Below are positions 47,494 through 54,942 of a DNA stretch of 64,000 nucleotides, one piece after another. Numbering within the stretch: position 1 is the first letter of the stretch; each line of letters starts with the position of its first letter. The translations under genes and the position numbers were made by a program. This stretch comes from Longimicrobiales bacterium. GTDB taxonomy: Bacteria > Gemmatimonadota > Gemmatimonadetes > Longimicrobiales > Gaopeijiaceae. Below the pieces are notes generated by a model. The model saw only the letters and a program-made list of their open reading frames with translations, was not told the origin of the DNA and did no database searches. The DNA lies in contig DATHRY010000059.1 in the NCBI GenBank assembly GCA_035464715.1, forward strand, positions 1,823-65,822. The letters are read 5' to 3'.

Positions 47494-48458
47494 CCCAGGT
47501 GACCGGTACGGCGGACCGGGTGGTCCTCGTGAGCTCTCGGCGCAAGGACCCGGGCCTGGCCGAGGTCGTGGAGGAGCTCGGGACCGCGGGACCGGTGGCC
47601 CTGCTCACCGCGGGGTGGCAGGAGTGGGAAGAGGACGACGAGGCGCTCCGCAGCGCCCTGGGCCGGGAGGTGGTGAACCTCCGCCTGTGGCACCGGGCCG
47701 AGGAGGTCTGGCGGGAGGACCCCGAGCTGGCGGCGGGGCACCGGGAGGTCCAGAGCCGGGTCCGCCTTCTCCGTCAGGCCTACAACCTCCGCCTGGCCCA
47801 CGCCATGGACGCCTGGATCCACCTTGAGGCGCTCCCGGGGGAGAACGAGGTGCTCGATGGAGAGCGGGGCTCGGCTCTCGAGGCGGTACGACGCCTGGAT
47901 CGGGAGCACGCCGCGAGGCTCCGGGAGTTCCGTCGGGCCTACCACCAGCGCTTCGATCCCCTGGTGCGGGACGCGGTGGCGCGGCAGCGGTGCGAGATCG
48001 CCGACGCCCTCGAGGACGCCGGGCTTCTGGTGGTGGCGGGCGGCCACGTGGCGGTGATCCTCAACCGGATCCGGCTCTTCGGTCTGGACCGCCTCCTGGA
48101 GGGCAAGGCGGTGCTGGCTACCGGAGCGGGGGCCATGGCCCTGGGGCAGCAGGTCGTGCTCTTCCACGACTCCCCGCCCTGGGGACCCGGCCACGCCGAG
48201 GTGGGGGAGGTCGGTCCGGGCCTCTACTCCGGCGTGGTGCCCCTCCCTGAGCCCGACGTCCGGTTGCGGCTCGACGATCCGGGTCGGGTGTCCCGCATGG
48301 CCCGGCGCTTCGCCCCGGACAGCTGCCTCCTCCTGGAGCCCGGCACCCGGGCGGAGTGGCGGGGCGGCTGGACCACGTCCGACGCCCGGCGCCTCGGGCC
48401 CGTTGGTCGTCCCGAGGCCTGGGACGGACGCACCCCCCCTTCCCTGGAGGCGTCGTGA
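47490..48458 (+). CDS. Peptidase-S51 (cyanophycinase/dipeptidase E)-like protein lacking the expected catalytic Ser and His
   Basis: The GTG start overlaps the stop of paralogue C (GTGA). The layout VALLTAG...ALGREVVNLRL, then LLVVAGGHVAVIL, then GKAVLATGAGAMALG parallels the S51 pattern (i.tAs / ftGGn..l / G.SAGA), but reads GAGA where GxSAG is expected. A helical insertion of about 90 aa is present. Confidence 0.4.
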   Translation: MTQVTGTADRVVLVSSRRKDPGLAEVVEELGTAGPVALLTAGWQEWEEDDEALRSALGREVVNLRLWHRAEEVWREDPELAAGHREVQSRVRLLRQAYNLRLAHAMDAWIHLEALPGENEVLDGERGSALEAVRRLDREHAARLREFRRAYHQRFDPLVRDAVARQRCEIADALEDAGLLVVAGGHVAVILNRIRLFGLDRLLEGKAVLATGAGAMALGQQVVLFHDSPPWGPGHAEVGEVGPGLYSGVVPLPEPDVRLRLDDPGRVSRMARRFAPDSCLLLEPGTRAEWRGGWTTSDARRLGPVGRPEAWDGRTPPSLEAS

Positions 48459-49609
48459 CCGTCCCGGAACTGGCGGGTCTCGCGGTCGCCGAGCTCGCGG
48501 AAAGCCCGCCTCCCGACCCCGCCAGGATCGACGCTTTCCTCGAGCGGCACTCGGTCCCGATCGTCGAGGGACGCTCGGTCACCTTCCTCTTCCGGGGGGA
48601 GGCGGACGCCGTCCGGCTCCGTCACTGGATCTACGGACTCACCAGCGACGACGACCTCCGGCGGATCCAAGGGACGGACCTCTGGGTCCTCGTCATGGAG
48701 TTGCCCGAGGGGTCACGGGTGGAGTACAAGCTCGAGGTGACCCGGGGCCGGCGGGTGGAGTGGCTCCAGGATCCCCTCAACCCCCACCTCGCCCACGACC
48801 CTTTCGGCGCCAACTCCGTGGCCCACGGCGAGGGCTACGAGGTGCCGGACTGGACCCGGCCCGATCCCGAGGCGCCGGAGGGCACGCTGGAGGAACGCAT
48901 CTTCGAGAGCGCGGCCCTGGGCGGGACTCGACGGATCACCCTCTATCGACCCCACCGGTTCAGAGCCTCCCGGCGCCACCCGCTCGTCGTGGTCCACGAC
49001 GGGGGAGATTACCTCCGCTTCGCTGCGCTCAAGACCGTCCTGGACAACCTCATCCACCGGCTCGAGATCCCGGGTCTGGTGATGGCCCTGATGCACCCGC
49101 CGGATCGGATGGAGCAGTACCGGGACAACGAGGCCCACGCCCGCTACCTCACCCACGAGCTGGTGCCCCAGCTCGAGGCGGAGCTCCCCCTGGCGGGGAC
49201 CCCCGACGGACGGTGCCTCATGGGGGCCAGCCTCGGTGCCGTGGCGGCCCTGTCCACAGCGGTGCGCCATCCCGGGTTCTACGGCAGGCTCCTCCTCCAG
49301 TCCGGCTCCTTCGCCTTCTCGGACATCGGGGAGCACGGCAGGGGCCCCGCCTTCGACCCCGTCGCCGAATTCATGAACCGGTACCGCAGAGATCCCGAGG
49401 CCGTGAGCGGGAAGGTCTTCATGAGCTGCGGCATGTACGAGTCCCTCATCTACGAGAACCGCTCTTTCGTGCCCGTGCTCCAGAGCACCGGCATGGAGGT
49501 TCGGTACGTGGAAGCCCGGGACGGGCACAACTGGGAGAACTGGCGGGACCGTCTGCGGACCGGGCTGTCGTGGCTCTTTCCCGGACCCCTCTGGATGGTG
49601 TACGAGTAG
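48455..49609 (+). CDS. Esterase (PF00756-like) with an N-terminal E-set/CBM48-like beta domain
   Basis: GTGA overlap with the upstream gene. N-terminal VTFLFRGEADAVRLRH...DLWVLVMELPEGSRVEYKLEV.......DPLNP. Catalytic part: VVVHDGGDY, nucleophile elbow GASLGA, DGHNWENW. Confidence 0.7.
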   Translation: MTVPELAGLAVAELAESPPPDPARIDAFLERHSVPIVEGRSVTFLFRGEADAVRLRHWIYGLTSDDDLRRIQGTDLWVLVMELPEGSRVEYKLEVTRGRRVEWLQDPLNPHLAHDPFGANSVAHGEGYEVPDWTRPDPEAPEGTLEERIFESAALGGTRRITLYRPHRFRASRRHPLVVVHDGGDYLRFAALKTVLDNLIHRLEIPGLVMALMHPPDRMEQYRDNEAHARYLTHELVPQLEAELPLAGTPDGRCLMGASLGAVAALSTAVRHPGFYGRLLLQSGSFAFSDIGEHGRGPAFDPVAEFMNRYRRDPEAVSGKVFMSCGMYESLIYENRSFVPVLQSTGMEVRYVEARDGHNWENWRDRLRTGLSWLFPGPLWMVYE

Positions 49610-49641
49610 CTGGCATCCCACCCCGATACACAGGAGACGGC

Positions 49642-50886
49642 ATGGCAGAGGTGACCCGCAGGATCGGCCTTTCACTCGGGGCGGACATCTGCTGGCCCAT
49701 CGCCTTCACGGAGATCCTCGACCGGCTGGACCTGGCGATCCCGGTGGGAGGCGACACGGTGCGCTTCGAAGTGGAGCGGATGACCATCGACCCCTTCGAC
49801 CTGCGGGAGCCGAAGCGGTACGACCTGGTCGTGGACCGGCTGACCCACTGGTACAACACCCGGAGGGAGTGGATCAAGAAGGCGGTGATGATGGACGACG
49901 TCTACGTCTTCAACAATCCGTGGTCCGTCCAGTCCATGGAGAAGTCCACGTCCTACGCCGTCATGATGCGGCTGGGCTTCCCCATCCCGAACACCTGGCT
50001 GGTCCCCCCCCGGGCCTACGAGCCCATGGACGACCTCGAGGTGACGCTGCAGCGGTACGCGCGCCACTTCGACCTCGGCACGATCGGGTCGGAGCTCGGC
50101 TACCCCATGTTCATGAAGCCGTACGACGGCGGGGGATGGCGGGCCGTCACCCGGCTGGAGGACGAGTCCGCGCTACGGGAGGCCTACGACCAGAGCGGAA
50201 AGCTGGTCATGCTGCTCCAGGAGGCGGTGGAGCCCTTCGACCGCTTCGTCCGCTGCATCGGCCTGGGGCCTCAGACCCACGTGGTCCGGTACGATCCCAA
50301 GGCCCCGCTCCACGACCGCTACACCATGGACCACGGCTTCCTCTCCCCGGAGGAGCGGGACGTGATCGACTCCACCACCCTGATCATCAACGCCCTATTC
50401 CGGTGGGACTTCAATTCCTGCGAGCTCCTCCACCGGGACGGGGTCTGGTACCCCATCGACTTCGCCAACCCCTGCCCCGACTCCCAGGTGACCTCCCTCC
50501 ACTACCACTTCCCCTGGCTCATCCAGGCCAACCTCCGCTGGGCGCTCTTCGCCGCGGCCACGAAGCGGAAGCTGCGTCCCCTGGACTGGACCCGGTGGTT
50601 CGAGGCCGTGGACGAGGAGATGACCCTCAGGGAGCGGTTGGACGCCCTGACTCCCATCGCCCACGAGCACTTCGAGACCGAGCGGTTCCGGGAGTTCTGC
50701 GACACGCACCTGGCCCACCTGGACGAGGTCGCCCACACCTGGTTCGGGACCGATGACGCCCGGGAGGCGGTGCGCCGCAAGGTGGCCGCCCTCTTCCCGC
50801 CACACGAGGTCGATGAGTTCACCGGCGTCTTCTTCGATCGGATCCAGCGGTGGAGAGCCGACGCCGACGCCGGGGTCCAGCCTTGA
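49642..50886 (+). CDS. Divergent ATP-grasp-like protein
   Basis: AGGAGA lies 6 nt upstream of the ATG. Contains YPMFMKPYDGGGWRAV, LLQEAV and VWYPIDFANPCPD, which parallel ATP-grasp phosphate-loop and Mg-site segments. 414 aa and not alignable by eye to paralogues A-C. Confidence 0.5.
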   Translation: MAEVTRRIGLSLGADICWPIAFTEILDRLDLAIPVGGDTVRFEVERMTIDPFDLREPKRYDLVVDRLTHWYNTRREWIKKAVMMDDVYVFNNPWSVQSMEKSTSYAVMMRLGFPIPNTWLVPPRAYEPMDDLEVTLQRYARHFDLGTIGSELGYPMFMKPYDGGGWRAVTRLEDESALREAYDQSGKLVMLLQEAVEPFDRFVRCIGLGPQTHVVRYDPKAPLHDRYTMDHGFLSPEERDVIDSTTLIINALFRWDFNSCELLHRDGVWYPIDFANPCPDSQVTSLHYHFPWLIQANLRWALFAAATKRKLRPLDWTRWFEAVDEEMTLRERLDALTPIAHEHFETERFREFCDTHLAHLDEVAHTWFGTDDAREAVRRKVAALFPPHEVDEFTGVFFDRIQRWRADADAGVQP

Positions 50887-51620
50887 AGGAGCGGCAGACC
50901 TGGTTCAGTCCTCGTGTGAACCGGGAGGTGACCGTGGTCCGGTGGGGGACCGTCGGCACGCCGTTCCTGATCTTCCCCACCGCAGGGGGCGACGCGGAGG
51001 AGATCGAGCGCTTCCACATCGTCACGGCACTGGCGCCCCACCTCGAGGCCGGCCGGATCAAGATCTACTCCTGCGACAGCGTGCCCGGGCAGTCCCTCCT
51101 CACCAACGAGGGCTCGCCCGAGCACCGCATGTGGATCATGAACCAGTTCCAGGAGTTCATCCGCCACGAGTTGGTGCCGGCCATCCGGACGGACTGCCGG
51201 AGCGACGACATCGAGGTGGTGGCCGGGGGCGCGTCCATCGGCGCCTTTCACGCGCTGGCCGTCGTCTGCCGCTACCCGGACGCCTTCAGCAAGGCCCTGT
51301 GCATGAGCGGCACCTTCGACCTGGCCCGTTTCATCCCGGCCCAACCGAACGGCGATTTCCTCGCGGCGTCCCCGCTCCACTGGCTGCCCCGCCTGCCCGA
51401 GGGCGAGCTCCTGGACGCCCTGAGGTCCCGCTTCATCCTCCTCGCCTCGGGCGAGGGGAAGGCCGAGGACATCGGAGAATCGTGGCGGGCGGCGGGTGCT
51501 CTGGGCGCCCGGGGCATTCCCAACCGGGTCGACTCCTGGGGAACCGAGTGGAGCCACGACTGGCCCACCTGGCGCCATATGCTGCCCGCCTACGTGGACG
51601 AGCTGTTCCCCACGAGCTGA
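50850..51620 (+). CDS. Esterase-family serine hydrolase (PF00756-like, single domain)
   Basis: LIFPTAGGD, nucleophile elbow GASIGAFHA, SHDWPTW. The start is uncertain: ATG 50850 overlaps the upstream gene by 37 nt, or TTG 50883 gives a TTGA overlap. Confidence 0.65.
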   Translation: MESRRRRRGPALKERQTWFSPRVNREVTVVRWGTVGTPFLIFPTAGGDAEEIERFHIVTALAPHLEAGRIKIYSCDSVPGQSLLTNEGSPEHRMWIMNQFQEFIRHELVPAIRTDCRSDDIEVVAGGASIGAFHALAVVCRYPDAFSKALCMSGTFDLARFIPAQPNGDFLAASPLHWLPRLPEGELLDALRSRFILLASGEGKAEDIGESWRAAGALGARGIPNRVDSWGTEWSHDWPTWRHMLPAYVDELFPTS

Positions 51621-51723
51621 AGGGCGATCGGGCCCGAGACCAGGCGTCGCGACGGGGGTCGATGTGAGGATGCCTCCGGGATGGGGCGCGTCCCGGACCC
51701 GAACGGCTACCGGTTTCGGACCA

Positions 51724-52251
51724 CTAGTAGCTGGCCCAGACCGAGGTGCGGCCGTCGCGATCGAAGGCCAGGACCTCGTAGGGGTCGGCGGCCCGCCCCT
51801 CGATCTCCATCCCCGGGGAGCCCACGGGCATCCCCGGCACGGCAAGTCCAGCCACGTCGGGGCGCTCGTCGAGAAGCCGCCGGATGTCGTCGGCGGGAAC
51901 GTGGCCCTCGACCAGGTACCCGGCGACCCGGGCGGTATGGCACGACGTCATCGCTCCGGGCAGGCCGAGCTCCCCCTTCACCGCCGTCATGTTCGGCTGG
52001 TCGATGACGTCGACGGTGAATCCGTGCTCCCGCAGATGCTCGATCCAGTCGCCGCAGCAGCCGCAGGTCGGCGACTTGTAGACCTGGACGACCTCCCCTG
52101 AGGGTGCGGCCTCCAGAAGGCTCTCCCCGGCGGCGGTCACCTGAGTCGGCGCGGCGGTCTCCGGGGGGGCGGAGTCGGCGCGGCTGCCGAGGATCACGGC
52201 GGTGGCGCCCACCAGGGCGAGGGCGGCGAAACCGAAGGCACGCAGGTTCAT
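51724..52251 (-). CDS. DUF411-family periplasmic metal-binding protein (CopG-like)
   Basis: Signal peptide, then YKSPTCGCCGDWIEHL, TSCHTA and GMPVGSPGME. Confidence 0.7.
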   Translation of the reverse strand: MNLRAFGFAALALVGATAVILGSRADSAPPETAAPTQVTAAGESLLEAAPSGEVVQVYKSPTCGCCGDWIEHLREHGFTVDVIDQPNMTAVKGELGLPGAMTSCHTARVAGYLVEGHVPADDIRRLLDERPDVAGLAVPGMPVGSPGMEIEGRAADPYEVLAFDRDGRTSVWASY

Positions 52252-52288
52252 GTCGTCTCCCGAGGGCCGGCCCGCAGCCGGTCCGTGT

Positions 52289-52483
52289 TCACTTGATGAT
52301 GGCTAGGGGCAGCAACACGACGTAGGCCAGGACCAGGAGGATGGGGGCCGCGGTGATGGAGCCGTTGGACAACATCCAGTACCCGGCTACGAGGCATCCG
52401 AGCCCCGCCAGCCCCAGCAGCGCGTTGACCGGCGAGAAGCGGAGGGATCCTGTAGCTTCGTCGTGCTTCTTCGAACTCTTCAT
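52289..52483 (-). CDS. Small two-TM membrane protein
   Basis: 64 aa with a basic N-terminus followed by two hydrophobic helices. Resembles DUF3098-type small proteins. Confidence 0.4.
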   Translation of the reverse strand: MKSSKKHDEATGSLRFSPVNALLGLAGLGCLVAGYWMLSNGSITAAPILLVLAYVVLLPLAIIK

Positions 52484-52547
52484 GACCCATGGGTGGAGTG
52501 GCTCCGGATGCTAGGCCGGAAGCCGGTGCGGAGCAAGCACCCGGCCC

Positions 52548-53945
52548 TCAATCCGGGACCTCCAGATCGAATCGGTCCACGTAGCGCTGGAGCCGGGAGC
52601 GTGAGATGCCCAGCACCCGCGCCGCTTCGCTCTTGTTCCCCTCGGTCCGTCGGACGACGAACTGCACGTGCTCCGCGATGACCTTCGCCAGGGCCAGGTC
52701 GTCGGGATCCACCCGCTGATGCACCGCGGGCGGCGCCGTCCTGTCGTCCTCGTCCACGCTGGGCCGGTCCACGCCCAGCCGGAGGTGGTCGGCGGCCAAC
52801 GTCCGGCCCCGGGCCACCAGGGCCGCCCGGGTGAGGGCGTTCTCCAGCTCCCGCACGTTTCCGGGCCAGTCGTAGGCCTCCATCATGGCCAGGGCCGCCG
52901 GGTCGACGCGGTCCACGTCCTGACCGGTCTCCGCACGGATGCGAGCCAGCAGGGCCTCGATCAGGAGCGGCAGATCGCTCATCCGCTCCCGCAGGGGGGG
53001 GATGTTCATCTCCACCACCCGGAGCCGGAAGTAGAGGTCCTCCCGGAAGGAGCCCTCGTCCACCAGGGCCTCCAGGGGCTGGTGGGTGGCGGCGATCACC
53101 CGGGCGTCCGTGGTGCGCAAGGACTCGCCACCGACCGGGTAGTACGTCCGCTCCTGCAGGACCCGCAGCAGCTTGGCCTGGAACTCCGGGCTGGTGTCCC
53201 CGATCTCGTCCAGGAAGATCGTGCCGCTCCCGGCGAGCTCGAAGTAGCCCCGCCGGCCGGAGGTGGCCCCGGTGAAGGCGCCCTTCACGTGGCCGAAGAG
53301 CTCGGACTCCAGCAACGACTCCGACAGCGCCGTGCAGTTCACGGCAATGAAGGGCTCATCGGAATGATTGGAGTACTCGTGGATGGCCCGGGCGACCCTC
53401 TCCTTCCCCGTGCCCGTCTCCCCCCGGATGAGGACCGTGGCCCGGTTCCGGGCCAGGATCCCGATGAGCTTGTAGACCTCGATCATGCGCGGGTCGCCTC
53501 CGACGATGGCGTCGGGACCCGGTGCGGGCCTGGGGTCGTCCTCGTCCCGGAGCGACGGGGTCTTCCGGTTGAGCGCCTGCTCCTTGAGCACGCGTTCCAC
53601 CAGCGAGGCGAGGGCATCCATCTTCACCGGCTTGACCAGGTAATCCACCGCCCCGGCCTTCATCGCCCCGACCGCGCTGTTCATGTCCTCGTGCCCGGTC
53701 ATGACCACCACGTCGGTGTCGGGTCGATCCTCCCGGATGCGCCGCGTCAGATCCAGACCGGACATTCCGGGCATGCGAAGGTCCGTCAGCACGAGATGGG
53801 GCTCCAGGCTCGAAATCTGGGCGAGGGCGGATTCCGCGGAATCCGCCGCCTCGACCTGGTAGCCCACGTGGCGGAGCTTCTCCGCCAGGGCCTCCCGGAG
53901 TCCCGTCTCGTCGTCGACGACCAGAATTCTACCGTCCATCGGCAT
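52548..53945 (-). CDS. Sigma54-dependent response regulator (NtrC family: REC, AAA+, Fis-type HTH)
   Basis: ILVVDDE...LTDLRMPGMSG, Walker A GETGTGKE, GAFTGA loop (VKGAFTGA), ESELFGH, and a C-terminal HTH (NKSEAARVLGISRSRLQ). Confidence 0.9.
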   Translation of the reverse strand: MPMDGRILVVDDETGLREALAEKLRHVGYQVEAADSAESALAQISSLEPHLVLTDLRMPGMSGLDLTRRIREDRPDTDVVVMTGHEDMNSAVGAMKAGAVDYLVKPVKMDALASLVERVLKEQALNRKTPSLRDEDDPRPAPGPDAIVGGDPRMIEVYKLIGILARNRATVLIRGETGTGKERVARAIHEYSNHSDEPFIAVNCTALSESLLESELFGHVKGAFTGATSGRRGYFELAGSGTIFLDEIGDTSPEFQAKLLRVLQERTYYPVGGESLRTTDARVIAATHQPLEALVDEGSFREDLYFRLRVVEMNIPPLRERMSDLPLLIEALLARIRAETGQDVDRVDPAALAMMEAYDWPGNVRELENALTRAALVARGRTLAADHLRLGVDRPSVDEDDRTAPPAVHQRVDPDDLALAKVIAEHVQFVVRRTEGNKSEAARVLGISRSRLQRYVDRFDLEVPD

Positions 53946-54942
53946 GTCCGTCCCTCGTATCGATTCGCCCGGCGGAGCGGCGCTCCTCCGGTTCGCTGTC
54001 GCTCGTGTCCCCCTCGGGCACCGGCTGCCAGAACGCCGGTTCCTCGGGCAGCTCCCGCGCCCGCAGCCTCGCCATCTGATCGCGGGCGTACCGTCTCCGG
54101 AAGGAGAACATCCCCACCAGCAGCAGGGCGAGGAATCCCCAGGCGAGCCCCGAGTGCGTCAGCACGAAGAGCCAGCCGTAGCGGTCCCGTGCCCAGGCCC
54201 GCCAGTCCTCCTCCACCTGGCCGGTGGTGAGCCCGAAGGTGCCTCGGAATCCCGCCTCGAAGCTGCCGGTCTCCCGCCAGCGATCGAAGAGGACCTCCAG
54301 GCCTCGATCTCCCGACTGCTCCTGAAGATACTCCACGACGGACGCGGACAGGAGGTAGGCGCTCTCGGCCGGGGCCCGCTCGGCCGGCCAGGCGAGGCTC
54401 AGGGAATCCAGCGGCGGCGCCCGGCCCAGGGCCAGGAGGACCCGCAGCCGCCATGCCCGGGACCGGTCCCACCCCCCCGCCCACTCGGCGTAGCCTTCGG
54501 AGAACCAGCGAGGCGCGCGACGCCCTCCGCTGGCCTGGTACATCCCCACGTGGGCCCATTCGTGGCGAAGCAGCGAGACCCGGCGGGGACCCAGGATGTC
54601 CGATCCGGGCCAGGCCTGGAGCACGATGCGTCCCTGGGAGGGAATGGCCACCGCCGCGCTCCAGTGGGGCGGCCGGCCTCCACTCGCGGCGGCGAAGGCG
54701 TCGGGATCCGGCGCCAGCACCACCTCCACGTCCCGGGGCCGACCTCCCGGTACGCCCGGGAGAGGAGAGAGGCCTCGCAGGTCGTCCAGGATGTCCCGGG
54801 CCAGCGCGGAATCCCCCGGCTCGAAGACGATGCGGATGCCGTCCTCGGTCCGGACGCTCGTGCCGGTGTCGAGGTCCTGGGCGGCGGCGCCCCCCATCGA
54901 GCCGAGGAGCAGGGCGACGCCCAGCGTCGTGCGGAGCCTCAC
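53929..54942 (-). CDS. Exported MA-clan zinc peptidase-like protein with a C-terminal TM anchor
   Basis: Signal peptide LGVALLLGSMGGAAAQ, HEWAH plus downstream WFSEGYAEW (Peptidase_MA_2 layout), and TM WGFLALLLVGMF. The GTG start overlaps the upstream stop. Confidence 0.6.
   Translation of the reverse strand: MRLRTTLGVALLLGSMGGAAAQDLDTGTSVRTEDGIRIVFEPGDSALARDILDDLRGLSPLPGVPGGRPRDVEVVLAPDPDAFAAASGGRPPHWSAAVAIPSQGRIVLQAWPGSDILGPRRVSLLRHEWAHVGMYQASGGRRAPRWFSEGYAEWAGGWDRSRAWRLRVLLALGRAPPLDSLSLAWPAERAPAESAYLLSASVVEYLQEQSGDRGLEVLFDRWRETGSFEAGFRGTFGLTTGQVEEDWRAWARDRYGWLFVLTHSGLAWGFLALLLVGMFSFRRRYARDQMARLRARELPEEPAFWQPVPEGDTSDSEPEERRSAGRIDTRDGHADGR

Noticed and set aside
52484-52547. A sigma54 (-24/-12) promoter downstream of the NtrC-type activator gene.
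   Set aside because: The best candidate (GGGTG-N-..-CCGC with GG-N10-GC spacing) matches the TGGCAC-N5-TTGC consensus poorly. It is not reportable without a scoring matrix.
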